Assembly: GCF_002217655.1 (NCBI RefSeq)
Contig: NZ_NEWK01000002.1
Location: 39,164 to 63,163, forward strand
From: Geobacillus thermocatenulatus
GTDB taxonomy: Bacteria > Bacillota > Bacilli > Bacillales > Anoxybacillaceae
Direction of reading: 5' to 3'
Length of the DNA stretch: 24,000 bases
Part shown: positions 1-10,033 of the stretch, in pieces
Position numbering within the stretch: position 1 is the first letter of the stretch
Layout of the letters: each line of letters starts with the position of its first letter
Program-made: the position numbers and the translations under genes
The notes under the pieces: model-generated
Databases searched by the model: none
Told to the model about the DNA's origin: nothing
What the model saw: only the letters and a program-made list of their open reading frames with translations

Positions 1-437
1 AAACGATTGTCGGCAACATTCGAACTCTTTCTTCTCTCCCGCCGCACATCGAACGGGTGTACATGCCAAGCGACGATTTAGTGAAACGCATCCAGCGGGT
101 CGTGACCGACCACGGGCGGGAAATTGGCATTCGCTTGAAAGAAGCAAAAGAATTGGTAGACGGAGATGTGTTATGGATGGATGACAACAATGCGATTGTG
201 GTGTCCGTTCTTCCGGATGATTTGCTTGTCATACAGCCGGTTTCCATGAAACAAATGGGGGAGATCGCTCATCAGCTCGGCAACCGCCACTTGCCAGCCC
301 AATTTGAGGAAGGGGAAATGCTCGTCCAATACGACTATTTAGTCGAAGAGCTGCTTCAGCAGCTCGCCATCCCGTACAAGAGGGAAAAGCGAAAAGTGAA
401 ACAAGCGTTCCGCCATATCGGGCATCGCCATGACTGA
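1..437 (+). CDS. ureE: Urease accessory protein UreE (5' end just outside window)
   Basis: Frame 3 is open from the window edge ([25 protein letters not shown]...), so the GTG at 57 in the ORF track is internal. Shows the UreE-like core ([15 protein letters not shown]) and a His-rich C-terminus (HIGHRHD). Followed directly by ureF, ureG and ureD. Confidence 0.85.
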   Translation, partial: TIVGNIRTLSSLPPHIERVYMPSDDLVKRIQRVVTDHGREIGIRLKEAKELVDGDVLWMDDNNAIVVSVLPDDLLVIQPVSMKQMGEIAHQLGNRHLPAQFEEGEMLVQYDYLVEELLQQLAIPYKREKRKVKQAFRHIGHRHD

Positions 438-1107
438 CCAACAGCTGCTGTGGCTGCTGCAGCTCTCCGATTCCAATTTTCCATCAGGAGCGTTTTCCCA
501 TTCCTTTGGGTTTGAAACTTATATGTACCATGAACAAATTCGTGATGCCAAAACGTTTGGCGACGCGCTCGTCGTGTATATCCAAACCCAGCTGACGTAT
601 ACGGACGGATTGGCGTGCCGGATCGCCTATGAGCAGTTGGAAGCCGACCGTATGGAAGGACTGAAGCGGCTGAACGACACGCTGTTCGCCCTCTGTCTGG
701 CAAAAGAAACGCGAGAAGGAACACGAATGATGGGCGAGCGCTTATGGAAACTGTGCCGCGACATTTACGGAGTCGATGAATTGGATGAGATCGTGCAAAC
801 GACGCGGTCCATTCATCCGACCATTGTGTTTGCGGCGGTTGGCCGCAAAATCGAAGCGTCGAAACGAACGACTGTGTTGACATATTTGTTTACCGCCGTG
901 CAAACGATGGTGCAAAACGCGGTTCGCGGCATTCCCCTCGGCCAGACGGACGGGCAAAAGCTGCTCGTCATGGCGCAGCCATATTTGATTCATGCCGCGA
1001 GCATCATCGAGACGCTCGACGAAGAGGAGTTCGGGGCGGCAGCCGTCGGCTTGGAAATCGCGCAAATGCAGCATGAACGTCTTCCTGTTCGATTGTTTAT
1101 GTCGTAA
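430..1107 (+). CDS. ureF: Urease accessory protein UreF
   Basis: The N-terminal [21 protein letters not shown] motif is typical of UreF. The ATG at 430 overlaps the ureE stop (ATGACTGA), consistent with translational coupling. Confidence 0.9.
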   Translation: MTDQQLLWLLQLSDSNFPSGAFSHSFGFETYMYHEQIRDAKTFGDALVVYIQTQLTYTDGLACRIAYEQLEADRMEGLKRLNDTLFALCLAKETREGTRMMGERLWKLCRDIYGVDELDEIVQTTRSIHPTIVFAAVGRKIEASKRTTVLTYLFTAVQTMVQNAVRGIPLGQTDGQKLLVMAQPYLIHAASIIETLDEEEFGAAAVGLEIAQMQHERLPVRLFMS

Positions 1108-1156
1108 ATCTTGTTTGACGTGGAACGAAAGAAGGGCAGAGAAGGGAGAATCGAAA

Positions 1157-1771
1157 ATGGAACCGGTACGAATCGGCATCGGCGGCCCGGTCGGCGCCGG
1201 CAAAACGATGCTCGTCGAGAAGCTGACACGGGCGATGCATCGCCGCTTTAGCATCGCGGTCATTACGAATGATATTTATACAAAAGAAGATGCCCAATTT
1301 TTAATCAAACATAGCGTCTTGCCGGAAGACCGGATTATCGGTGTCGAAACGGGCGGGTGCCCGCATACGGCCATTCGCGAAGATGCATCAATGAATTTTG
1401 CGGCCATTGATGAACTGAAACGGCGCCATCCGGATGTGGAGCTCATTTTTATCGAGAGCGGCGGAGATAACTTGGCGGCGACCTTCAGCCCGGAGTTGGT
1501 CGATTTCTCCATTTACGTCATCGACGTCGCCCAAGGGGAAAAAATACCGCGCAAAGGCGGGCAAGGGATGATGAAGTCGGATTTGCTCGTGATCAACAAA
1601 ATCGACCTTGCCCCTTACGTCGGCGCCAGTCTGGAAGTGATGGAACGGGATGCCAAAGCGGCACGCGGGGCAAAACCCGTCATTTTCACCAACTTAAAAG
1701 AAGAAATCGGGCTTTTTGACGTTGTGGATTGGATCGAAAAACAGGTGCTGCTGGCAGGGCTGGAAGAATGA
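1157..1771 (+). CDS. ureG: Urease accessory GTPase UreG
   Basis: Has the P-loop GGPVGAGKT plus ESGGDNL and NKIDL motifs. The ATG at 1157 follows the SD GAAGGGAG. The ORF-track extension back to 992 overlaps ureF and is Arg/Ser-rich with no resemblance to UreG. Confidence 0.92.
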   Translation: MEPVRIGIGGPVGAGKTMLVEKLTRAMHRRFSIAVITNDIYTKEDAQFLIKHSVLPEDRIIGVETGGCPHTAIREDASMNFAAIDELKRRHPDVELIFIESGGDNLAATFSPELVDFSIYVIDVAQGEKIPRKGGQGMMKSDLLVINKIDLAPYVGASLEVMERDAKAARGAKPVIFTNLKEEIGLFDVVDWIEKQVLLAGLEE

Positions 1772-2583
1772 GCTGGACAGGGCGTTTGCAATGTACAGCG
1801 GCCTTCAAAAACGGCCGCACCGTCATTTTGGACAGCTATGGCGAAGGGGCGCTGAAACTGATGCGTTCTGTTTACCTCGACTCGGCTCATCCGACGTTAT
1901 ATCTTGTCCACATCGGCGGCGGGTATGTCGACGGAGATTCATATGATATGGAAATCTTCCTCGAGCCCAGCGCCCGGTTGATGGTGACGACCCAGTCGGC
2001 GGCGAAAATCTACAAAACTCCTTCAACACCTGTAAGGCAGTATACACGATTGTCACTTGGGGAGCAAAGCGTGCTCGAATATTTTCCCGACCCGACGATC
2101 GCCTATGAGCATGCGCGGTTTGTTCAAGAAACGACGGTGTACATCACGCCGAGCTCCACGTTTGTGTACGGGGAAATCATTACGCCCGGCTGGTCGGAAA
2201 GCGGCGAGCTGTTCCGCTATGATTGGATTCGTACAAAATTAAAAGTGCATCGAGAAGGGACGCTCGTGTTGTTTGACCACTTGTATTTACATCCATCGCA
2301 CCATCTTACTGACATGTTGCAACTCGGACATTATACGCACGTCGGATCAATGGTTGTTCTCTCTCCATTTATCACCAAAGGCGTTCTTGAATCATTTGGT
2401 TTCTTGATGGACCAGATGTCGGATGGGATTTACTGCGGCTTTTCCGAAACAGCAGCTCCCGGATTTTCAGTGCGGGTGCTGGCCCATGATACGATGGCCA
2501 TTGAAACATTGTTTCAACGTATTCATCAGTTTATTCGCCCGTTATATGGAGAGAGAGAACCCGTTTTCTGGAGGAAATATTGA
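1768..2583 (+). CDS. ureD: Urease accessory protein UreD
   Basis: Size (271 aa) and position after ureG fit UreD. The ATG at 1768 overlaps the ureG stop as ATGA. The N-terminus [33 protein letters not shown] is typical of UreD. Confidence 0.85.
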   Translation: MSWTGRLQCTAAFKNGRTVILDSYGEGALKLMRSVYLDSAHPTLYLVHIGGGYVDGDSYDMEIFLEPSARLMVTTQSAAKIYKTPSTPVRQYTRLSLGEQSVLEYFPDPTIAYEHARFVQETTVYITPSSTFVYGEIITPGWSESGELFRYDWIRTKLKVHREGTLVLFDHLYLHPSHHLTDMLQLGHYTHVGSMVVLSPFITKGVLESFGFLMDQMSDGIYCGFSETAAPGFSVRVLAHDTMAIETLFQRIHQFIRPLYGEREPVFWRKY

Positions 2584-2600
2584 TAAAAGGAGAAAGGACG

Positions 2601-3224
2601 ATGGGAACGATGTGGCCTGTGCTCTTGTTTGGATTGTTGCTAGGAATGAAGCATGCGACGGAACCGGATCATGTCATTGCCGTTTCGACCATTGCCAGCC
2701 GGACGAAAAAACTGTCCCTTTCATCACTGGCCGGCATGTTTTGGGGAATCGGCCATACGTTGACGCTGCTTGTCGTCGGGATGGCGATGATCGCCTTTGA
2801 GCGGCAAATTCCTGAACAGATTGCTTCTTATCTTGAAATGGGCGTCGGCATCATGATCGTTATTCTAGGAATGGCTAGTTTCCGTTCGACAATGAGTCTG
2901 GATCATCATCGCCATGGCGAGATTCATCATTTACATGTTAAATCGACATTGATCGGCATCGTCCATGGTTTGGCCGGCAGTGCTGGGATGGTATTGTTGA
3001 CGATGACGACGGTCAAAGGAACTTGGATGGCGCTTGCTTTTATTTTGATTTTTGGCCTAGGAACGGTCATCGGCATGATGCTGTTCACGACGTTTCTCGG
3101 GATTCCGTTTGTTTGGATGAAAGCGAGACAGCAAGTCATGAATCAATGGATCGTGAAAACCGTTTCCCTCATCAGCATCGCCTATGGGATCTATTACATG
3201 TATCATATCGCCGCCGAAATTTGA
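2601..3224 (+). CDS. ureH: UreH-type nickel permease (NiCoT-related secondary transporter)
   Basis: Polytopic membrane protein with an HX4DH signature in the first TM segment (KHATEPDH) and a His-rich loop (LDHHRHGEIHHLH). Sits immediately after ureD, as in the thermophilic Bacillus ureABCEFGDH arrangement. The ATG at 2601 is preceded by AAAGGAG with an 8 nt spacer. Confidence 0.75.
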   Translation: MGTMWPVLLFGLLLGMKHATEPDHVIAVSTIASRTKKLSLSSLAGMFWGIGHTLTLLVVGMAMIAFERQIPEQIASYLEMGVGIMIVILGMASFRSTMSLDHHRHGEIHHLHVKSTLIGIVHGLAGSAGMVLLTMTTVKGTWMALAFILIFGLGTVIGMMLFTTFLGIPFVWMKARQQVMNQWIVKTVSLISIAYGIYYMYHIAAEI

Positions 3225-3272
3225 CGCTCCTCGCGGCTGGCGTCATAGGTGAAGGAGTGTTCAAAACATCGA

Positions 3273-3313
3273 AAGAAGCACCGGTCTTGGGAGAAGGCCG
3301 GTGCTTCTTTTTC
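3273..3313. terminator. Hairpin terminator between convergent ureH and GNAT genes
   Basis: AAGAAGCACCGG (3273-3284) pairs perfectly with CCGGTGCTTCTT (3298-3309), followed by a T-run. The complementary strand also carries a T-rich tail, so it could act in both directions. Confidence 0.7.
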
Positions 3314-3338
3314 GATGCGGCGTCATCGCCACTTCGTG

Positions 3339-3818
3339 TCACGCCAGTGGTTTTACAAGCAACAACTCATCTCGAATAGGAATGCCGTCAGAACTTGTTT
3401 TCGGAATGCTTGGCTTGATTTGCCGCGCCTTGTCGACAGCGTTGGGAAAGACGTTCACAATTTGATAGCCGCGCTTTTGATAGAAACGAAGGGCATGCAA
3501 GTTGTCGTTGGTAGTGATCAGTTGAACAGCCGTGCACCTTTGTTGTCTCGCCCATGCCTCTGCCTCATGCAAAAGGGCGCTGCCGATGCCGCGGTTTTCC
3601 ATTATGCTGTCTAGCGAGATGATCTCGCATTCGCTGCCACGGATGATGAATGTAATCAGTCCGATGATCCGCTGACCGTTCTCAACAGCCGCAAATCCAT
3701 CCAGCTCGCTGCAGTTATAGATGCCGGTTGAAACAACCATTTGCGGACTTCCCCAATGGTCGTTGAAAAATTGGTTGACGATGGCGCGGTCCAACTGTTT
3801 GGTTGGAACGATGTTCAA
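3339..3818 (-). CDS. GNAT family N-acetyltransferase
   Basis: Acetyl-CoA binding motif NRGIGSALLHEAEAWA with an FY.KRGY tail. I prefer the TTG start at 3818, which is preceded by AAAGGAGGAGG with a 6 nt spacer. The longer GTG start at 3911 adds a basic, low-complexity 31 aa. Confidence 0.7.
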   Translation of the reverse strand: MNIVPTKQLDRAIVNQFFNDHWGSPQMVVSTGIYNCSELDGFAAVENGQRIIGLITFIIRGSECEIISLDSIMENRGIGSALLHEAEAWARQQRCTAVQLITTNDNLHALRFYQKRGYQIVNVFPNAVDKARQIKPSIPKTSSDGIPIRDELLLVKPLA

Positions 3819-3929
3819 GGCGCTCCTCCTCCTTTGTGCAGATGAAGATTTTTGATCACCCCAATGCATAAGACGTTCACTTCCGTGCGTGAGGTAACAG
3901 GGGATGTCCACATCCGTCCTCCTCTTGTG

Positions 3930-5099
3930 TCAAAGGGCGGAGTCTTTTTGCATCATGGCTCGTTGAAACGATTGAAAAACGGCAAAGGAAATGAATGTGA
4001 GCGCAATTCCTGCTGCATATGGCAAACTGGACTTTAAGGTGAACAACCAGCCGGCGATCGCCGGACCGCCGATGCGGCCGAGCGAATCGAACGATGATAA
4101 GACGCCTGTTGCGCTTCCTTGGCCATCCGCCGTATATTTCGTCAACAACGCGGAGACGCATGGGCGAATAACGCCGTTTCCAATGCCGAAAATCGTTAAA
4201 TAGAGCGCGGCTGTCCAAAAGCTGTGAACGAATAAAATGAGAAAAAAGCCCACTGCTGACAAGAACAGCCCGACACGAATGACAGCTCCTTCCCCGAATG
4301 AGCGGATCAGTTTTCCAAGCAGCCCTCCTTGAACGACGGCTCCTGCAAGCCCCATGATCATGAACGCGTAGCCGAGCTCCGTCGACGAAAGCCCCGCTCG
4401 TTCAGCGGCAAAGTAGGCGAACGTCGCCTCAAGTCCGGCGAGGGAAAACGTTGTGATCAGCTGCAGTAGGTATAGGCGCGCTACAGGCCCTTGGAGGGCG
4501 GCCGCAAGCGATGGCCGCTTTGTTCGTATATTCATTCGTTTTTCTCTCGGAAGCGACTCATGCAAGAAAACGAAAACGAATAGAGCGGTCAAGAGCGCCA
4601 AGCTGCCTGCCATCCAAAACGGAGCGGTTAAGCTCGCTTTCGAGAACACGCCGCCGATCCCCGGTCCGAAAATGAATCCAAGCCCAACGGCCGCTCCGAT
4701 CATCCCCATTCCTTTGCCCCGGTCTTCTTCCGTTGTCACATCTGCGACGTACGCCATAGCGGCCGGCATCGTGGCCGCCGATAGACATCCGCCAATGATG
4801 CGAGCGGCAAACAACATCCAAAGCTTTGTCGCGACGGCGAGCAAGAAAAACGAAAGAGCCAAACCGAAAATGCCGACAAGCAGCATCGGCTTTCGTCCAT
4901 AGCGGTCCGATAAATTCCCCCACATCGGCGCAAATAAAAATTGCATGAAAGAATATACGGCCATCAACCAGCCGAGTTGTGTCGGGGAAGCGCCGATTTT
5001 TTCTGCGTAAAATGGAAGGACAGGGATAATGATGCCAAACCCGGCCATGACCAAAAACATCACAAGAAACAAAAGCGATAAATCGCGGCGATTGCCCAT
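3930..5099 (-). CDS. MFS transporter (DHA1-type efflux-like, 12 TMS)
   Basis: MFS motif A GNLSDRYGRKPMLL with repeated hydrophobic helices. The ATG at 5099 lies 9 nt after GGAG. Alternative starts reach the GTG at 5114. Confidence 0.85.
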   Translation of the reverse strand: MGNRRDLSLLFLVMFLVMAGFGIIIPVLPFYAEKIGASPTQLGWLMAVYSFMQFLFAPMWGNLSDRYGRKPMLLVGIFGLALSFFLLAVATKLWMLFAARIIGGCLSAATMPAAMAYVADVTTEEDRGKGMGMIGAAVGLGFIFGPGIGGVFSKASLTAPFWMAGSLALLTALFVFVFLHESLPREKRMNIRTKRPSLAAALQGPVARLYLLQLITTFSLAGLEATFAYFAAERAGLSSTELGYAFMIMGLAGAVVQGGLLGKLIRSFGEGAVIRVGLFLSAVGFFLILFVHSFWTAALYLTIFGIGNGVIRPCVSALLTKYTADGQGSATGVLSSFDSLGRIGGPAIAGWLFTLKSSLPYAAGIALTFISFAVFQSFQRAMMQKDSAL

Positions 5100-5132
5100 G
5101 TTCATCATCTCCACGATAGGTTTGCCTCTTTC

Positions 5133-5161
5133 ATCATAATGGAAAGACAGGCATTTTTCAA
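5133..5161 (-). promoter_or_regulatory. Putative sigma-A promoter for the MFS-GNAT operon
   Basis: On the minus strand, TTGAAA (5161-5156), a 17 nt spacer, then TATGAT (5138-5133), about 20-35 nt upstream of the candidate start codons. Confidence 0.45.
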
Positions 5162-5381
5162 AGCGGATTGCGCCTCGCTTGACAGCTCGGCGGGGAACTG
5201 CAGCTTTGTTGGAGAAGCACTCTTAAATGGCGCCCGACCATCATTCCCTTCCGTCCCCATTGACAATGGAAGCGGTTTTCGCGAGACTGAAAGTAAACGG
5301 TTTGACAAACAATGAAGCGGGCCTTCGACCGGCATCCGACAAGGATGAGAAATGACAAACATGCATGGGAGAGAATGGTGC

Positions 5382-6761
5382 ATGATGACCAAAAACGAAA
5401 TCCAAAAGCGGATAAAGGAATTCCCGCTGCTTAAAACGATCATGGCGGCCGAAGAGGTGTTTTGGCGCAATCCAAAATATCACACGTTTGCGCAAGCTAT
5501 TCGAACGATTCCTTTACGCGAAGGCGATGTCAAGGAGGCGGAAGAACGATTGCACCGCTTCGCCCCCTACATCGCGAAAGTTTTTCCCGAGACGCGGCCG
5601 GCCCATGGCATCATCGAATCCCCTTTAGTCCGGATTCCGAACATGAAACAGCGTTTAGAAAAGATGTTTCAGACCAACATCGAGGGGGAGCTGTTGCTAA
5701 AATGCGACAGCCATCTCCCGATTTCCGGGTCGATCAAGGCGCGTGGGGGCATTTACGAAGTGTTGAAACACGCGGAAGATCTTGCGCTCGCAAACGGTAT
5801 GATCGCCATAGGAGAGGACTATGCGGTCATGGCCAGCGAAGAATTCCGGCAGTTCTTTTCCCGCTATTCGCTTGTCGTCGGTTCGACAGGAAATTTAGGC
5901 TTGAGCATCGGCATCATCGGGGCGCAGCTTGGGTTCCGCGTCACCGTTCATATGTCAGCCGATGCGAAACAATGGAAAAAAGACTTATTGCGAAGCAAAG
6001 GGGTCACCGTCATGGAACATCTCACCGATTACAACCAGGTGGTAGAAGAGGCGCGAAGACAGTCGGCCGAGGATCCAACGTCGTATTTTATCGATGATGA
6101 GAACTCGATCCATTTGTTCTTGGGATATGCAGTGGCAGCGTTGCGGCTGAAAAAGCAGTTGGATGATATGCACATCACCGTTGATGGCGACCATCCGCTC
6201 TTTGTCTACCTTCCTTGCGGCGTCGGCGGCGGTCCGGGCGGGGTGACGTTTGGGCTGAAGCTCGTGTACGGCGATCATGTCCATTGCTTTTTCGCTGAGC
6301 CGACGCATTCGCCTTGCATGCTGCTGGGGCTGATGACCGGACAGCACGACCGCGTGTCGGTGCAAGAGTTTGGCCTCGACAACAAGACCGAAGCGGATGG
6401 GCTGGCGGTGGGGCGGCCGTCGAGGTTGGTGGGAAACATGCTTGAGAACGTCATCAGCGGCGTCTATACGGTGGACGATTCGACGCTTTACCGTTTGCTT
6501 GCGGCCATGGTCGATACAGAGAATATCCGTTTAGAGCCATCCGCATTGGCAGGGGTGGCGGGGCCTGTTCGGCTGTTTCGTGATTTGGCGGGGCAAACGT
6601 ACGTAGAGGCAAACGGTTTGAAAGAAAACATGAAAAACGCCACCCATATTGGCTGGGCGACAGGCGGAAGCATGGTGCCAAAGGATGTGATGGAGGCCTA
6701 TTATCGGGAAGGCGTGCGCATCGAAACGATGACAGAGAACGGTTTTTCTGAAGGACGATAA
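5382..6761 (+). CDS. dsdA: D-serine ammonia-lyase (D-serine dehydratase)
   Basis: PLP-lysine motif [17 protein letters not shown] and full-length DsdA-like architecture. The ATG at 5382 (or 5385) follows GGGAGAG. The upstream extension in the ORF track is unsupported. Confidence 0.88.
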   Translation: MMTKNEIQKRIKEFPLLKTIMAAEEVFWRNPKYHTFAQAIRTIPLREGDVKEAEERLHRFAPYIAKVFPETRPAHGIIESPLVRIPNMKQRLEKMFQTNIEGELLLKCDSHLPISGSIKARGGIYEVLKHAEDLALANGMIAIGEDYAVMASEEFRQFFSRYSLVVGSTGNLGLSIGIIGAQLGFRVTVHMSADAKQWKKDLLRSKGVTVMEHLTDYNQVVEEARRQSAEDPTSYFIDDENSIHLFLGYAVAALRLKKQLDDMHITVDGDHPLFVYLPCGVGGGPGGVTFGLKLVYGDHVHCFFAEPTHSPCMLLGLMTGQHDRVSVQEFGLDNKTEADGLAVGRPSRLVGNMLENVISGVYTVDDSTLYRLLAAMVDTENIRLEPSALAGVAGPVRLFRDLAGQTYVEANGLKENMKNATHIGWATGGSMVPKDVMEAYYREGVRIETMTENGFSEGR

Positions 6762-6812
6762 GATCATTCCATGGAGTGTTGCAGCGAAGACGCGAGATGT
6801 TGGAGGGATTGG

Positions 6813-7370
6813 ATGAAAACCGAAAAGGAAAAGATGTTGGCGGGACACTTGTACAACCCCGCCGATTTGGAGCTCGTCAAGGAACGAGAGCGGGCGCGGT
6901 GGCTCGTTCGCTTGTATAACGAAACGTTGGAGATGGAATATGAAAAGCGAACCGCTCTGCTGAAGGAGCTGTTCGGTTCAACGGGAGAACGGCTGTTTAT
7001 CGAGCCGAACTTCCGCTGCGACTACGGCTACAACATTCACGTCGGTGAAAACTTTTTTATGAACTTTGATGGCGTGATTTTGGATGTATGTGAAGTGCGA
7101 ATCGGCGACCATTGTTTTATTGGTCCTGGTGTGCACATTTATACGGCGACTCACCCGCTCGATCCGCACGAACGAAATTCCGGGTTGGAGTACGGAAAGC
7201 CGGTTGTGATCGGCCATAACGTCTGGATCGGCGGGCGGGCCGTCATCAACCCGGGCGTCACGATCGGCGACAACGCTGTCATCGCCTCAGGGGCGGTCGT
7301 GACAAAAGATGTCCCCGCCAACGCGGTCGTTGGCGGAAACCCGGCGAAAGTGATCAAATGGCTCAAATAG
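6813..7370 (+). CDS. maa: Maltose/galactoside O-acetyltransferase (left-handed beta-helix)
   Basis: N-terminal [18 protein letters not shown] Mac domain followed by hexapeptide repeats ([44 protein letters not shown]). The ATG at 6813 follows GGAGGG. Confidence 0.88.
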   Translation: MKTEKEKMLAGHLYNPADLELVKERERARWLVRLYNETLEMEYEKRTALLKELFGSTGERLFIEPNFRCDYGYNIHVGENFFMNFDGVILDVCEVRIGDHCFIGPGVHIYTATHPLDPHERNSGLEYGKPVVIGHNVWIGGRAVINPGVTIGDNAVIASGAVVTKDVPANAVVGGNPAKVIKWLK

Positions 7371-7380
7371 CCCAAGGCCG

Positions 7381-7414
7381 CGCCCTGCGCAAAGCATGTG
7401 CGGGGCGTTTGGTT
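7381..7414 (+). terminator. Intrinsic terminator after maa
   Basis: CGCCCTGCGCA (7381-7391) pairs with TGTGCGGGGCG (7397-7407) as 11 bp including 2 G-U pairs, with loop AAGCA, then TTTGGTT. Confidence 0.55.
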
Positions 7415-7430
7415 GCATCATCCTTCTTTG

Positions 7431-8081
7431 TTACGCCCACTGCACCGCCACCGCCCGAACAGGCGAACCGTCGCAGCCAGGCAAGGAAAGAGGGAGGGCA
7501 ATAATATACGGGTCATCAAAATCGATTCGCTCGAAGTTCACGAAATTTTCCCCGATCACCCCGTTGGCGCCAAGAATAAGTTCGTGGGCGCGGAACGAAG
7601 AGCCGTCCGGCGGGTCGATGTTGAGCGCGTCGATGAAAAACGTCCGCACGCCTCGCTCCAGCATCGCTTCAATCACCTCCGGTGCGACGTACGGATGGGA
7701 AAAATACCGCTTTGTTCCGGCGTATTGCGACCAGCCGGTATGAAACAACACAATGGTTCCCGGCGACAGCTTCGGGATATACGGAGCGGCATCGGCCATC
7801 GTCACCGCTTCGCCTTCCGCTTTCCCGGTGGCATCGATCACGATGCCGCGGCCGAGGAAATAGGTGAGCGGCACGTCATCGAGCCGCCAACCGTGTTCGC
7901 AAAAGTGAAACGGCGCATCCACATGCGTGCCGCTGTGCGACCCAAGCACAAGGCGGCTGACGTGATAGCCGTCTTGGGCGAACGTCGCCGCCGGTTCGAT
8001 TTTAGGCTTCGGATCCCCCGGGTACACCGGAGTTTGGGCCGTGATCGGCATGGTGAGGTCGATGAGTGTTTTGATGTTCAT
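7431..8081 (-). CDS. Cyclase-family protein (putative arylformamidase / kynurenine formamidase-like)
   Basis: Carries the HxGTHxDxPxH metal-binding signature (GSHSGTHVDAPFHF). The ATG at 8081 follows GGGAGA with a 7 nt spacer. No kynA or kynU neighbours, so no specific gene symbol is given. Confidence 0.8.
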   Translation of the reverse strand: MNIKTLIDLTMPITAQTPVYPGDPKPKIEPAATFAQDGYHVSRLVLGSHSGTHVDAPFHFCEHGWRLDDVPLTYFLGRGIVIDATGKAEGEAVTMADAAPYIPKLSPGTIVLFHTGWSQYAGTKRYFSHPYVAPEVIEAMLERGVRTFFIDALNIDPPDGSSFRAHELILGANGVIGENFVNFERIDFDDPYIIALPLSLPGCDGSPVRAVAVQWA

Positions 8082-8500
8082 TTCTAAATCTCCCTCTACA
8101 CTATTTTTGGCTGCTTTTATCATACAACAAAAACATAGGAGAAGGAGGAGTTAGAAAGCAATCATCATGCCTTGCGGAGCTGGACGGTTAGCTGGGGAAA
8201 TGTTGCGCCGACGTTGGGCGGCCGGTGACCAAGGGCTATGTTGCTTGTCTTTCCACGAACAGGGGCAAGCAGTTTGGCGGCAAACCGAGCGACGGAGTGT
8301 TATCATAGAGAGGGGAACGTCACCGTAACGAGAGAGGCGAATGATGGCGCTGCATGGCAACGGACGGCTTTCGTAAACAAAGGACAAGTGGAAGGATTTT
8401 CACGCGCGATGTCGAATGAAACAAATAAACAGGGCATGCGGGACATATACTGAAGAGGAAAATTTCGGCCGCGTGCCTAAAAGAAGGGAAGGGTGAAAAG

Positions 8501-9937
8501 ATGCCAACCGCGGTGCAGAAAAAGAAGTTATACATCAACGGCGAATGGCGGGAAGGGAAGTCTTACACTGAACTGAAATCACCGTATTCACGCGAGACGA
8601 TCGCCGAAATCCCTGTGGCCACCGAACAAGAAGTCGACGAAGCGATCGCGGCGGCGTACGCCGCGCGGCAAACGATGGCTGCTATGCCTGCTCATGAGCG
8701 GGCCGCCATTTTAGAGCGGGTTGTCGAGCAGCTGAAAGCGCGGCAGGAAGAAGCGGCGAAGTTGATCGCACTGGAAGCAGCCAAACCGATCACCACGGCG
8801 AAAGGGGAAGTCGCCCGCACGATTCAAACGTACAAATTCGCCGCCGAAGAAGCGAAGCGCATTCACGGGGAAACGCTGCCGCTTGACGCCGCGCCGGGCG
8901 GGGAAAACCGCATCGCCTTGACGGTCCGCGAGCCGATCGGCGTCATCGGGGCGATTACGCCGTTTAACTTCCCGATGAACTTGGTGGCCCATAAACTTGG
9001 CCCGGCCATCGCCTCGGGCAACACCGTTGTGTTAAAACCAGCCAGCCAAACGCCGCTGTCCGCCTACTTTATTGCCGAACTGTTCGAGAAAGCCGGTTTG
9101 CCGAAAGGGGCGCTCAACGTCGTCACGGGAAGCGGCCGCACGGTCGGCGACAAAATCGTCACCGACCCGCGCATCAGCATGATCACCTTCACCGGCAGCC
9201 CGGAAGTCGGCATCGCGATCCGCAATAAAGCTGGCTTAAAGCGGGTGACGCTCGAGCTCGGCTCGAACTCGGCCGTGATCGTCGACGAGCAGGTCGATCT
9301 GGACCGTATCATCCCGCGCTGCGTGTTCGGCGCGTTCACGTTCCAAGGACAGGTGTGCATTTCACTCCAGCGCATTTACGTGCATGAGAATTGTTATGAC
9401 GAATTCGTTGAGAAATTTGTCACGGCGGCCAAACAATTGAAGACGGGTGACCCGCTCGATCCGAATACCGATGTGTCGGCCTTAATTACGCCAAATGACG
9501 TCGACCGGGCGCTCTCTTGGATCGAAGAGGCGAAACAAGGCGGCGCCAACGTTGTTCTTGGCGGCGAGCGCGACGGCAACATCCTGCTTCCGACCGTCAT
9601 TGTCGACGCCGAACCGACGATGAAAGTGTCGTGCCAAGAAGTGTTCGCCCCGATCGTCTTGATCAACCGCGTCCGTTCGATCGATGAAGCCATTGAATTG
9701 GTCAATGACTCGCGCTACGGCTTGCAGGCGGGCATCTACACCGACAACGTCCATACCGCGTGGAAAGCGGCGAAACAACTGCACGTCGGCGGGGTGCTGA
9801 TCAACGACATCCCGACGTTCCGCGTCGACCATATGCCGTACGGCGGCGTGAAAGAAAGCGGGTTTGGCCGCGAAGGAGTTCGCTATGCGATCGAGGAAAT
9901 GACGGAGCTGAAGTTGATTATTTTTAACGAAAGTTAA
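8501..9937 (+). CDS. NAD(P)+-dependent aldehyde dehydrogenase
   Basis: ALDH superfamily with the catalytic Glu context LELGSNS and catalytic Cys context FQGQVCISLQR, at 478 aa. Substrate is not assignable from sequence. Confidence 0.88.
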   Translation: MPTAVQKKKLYINGEWREGKSYTELKSPYSRETIAEIPVATEQEVDEAIAAAYAARQTMAAMPAHERAAILERVVEQLKARQEEAAKLIALEAAKPITTAKGEVARTIQTYKFAAEEAKRIHGETLPLDAAPGGENRIALTVREPIGVIGAITPFNFPMNLVAHKLGPAIASGNTVVLKPASQTPLSAYFIAELFEKAGLPKGALNVVTGSGRTVGDKIVTDPRISMITFTGSPEVGIAIRNKAGLKRVTLELGSNSAVIVDEQVDLDRIIPRCVFGAFTFQGQVCISLQRIYVHENCYDEFVEKFVTAAKQLKTGDPLDPNTDVSALITPNDVDRALSWIEEAKQGGANVVLGGERDGNILLPTVIVDAEPTMKVSCQEVFAPIVLINRVRSIDEAIELVNDSRYGLQAGIYTDNVHTAWKAAKQLHVGGVLINDIPTFRVDHMPYGGVKESGFGREGVRYAIEEMTELKLIIFNES

Positions 9938-9997
9938 AGCGGGATGAGAAGAGATTGGAGTAAAGTTTATTCCTAAAATTCTAGAAGAATGGTTGCG

Positions 9998-10028
9998 CAG
10001 CCTTGGAGAGAGTGGCACTCCAAGGCTG
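9998..10028. terminator. Perfect hairpin between convergent ALDH and GT39 genes
   Basis: CAGCCTTGGAG (9998-10008) and CTCCAAGGCTG (10018-10028) form a perfect 11 bp stem with a 9 nt loop. T-rich sequence lies on both sides. Confidence 0.65.
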
Positions 10029-10033
10029 TATGT

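Noticed and set aside
992-1156. N-terminal extension of ureG given by the ORF track (start at 992)
   Set aside because: It overlaps the end of ureF in another frame and is Arg/Ser-rich. UreG homologues begin just before the P-loop, and a good SD precedes the ATG at 1157.
5462-8087. Alternative-frame ORFs inside dsdA (5462-6097 +), maa (6978-7217 -) and the cyclase gene (7398-8087 +)
   Set aside because: They are shadow frames of well-supported genes, with no SD sequences and implausible composition.
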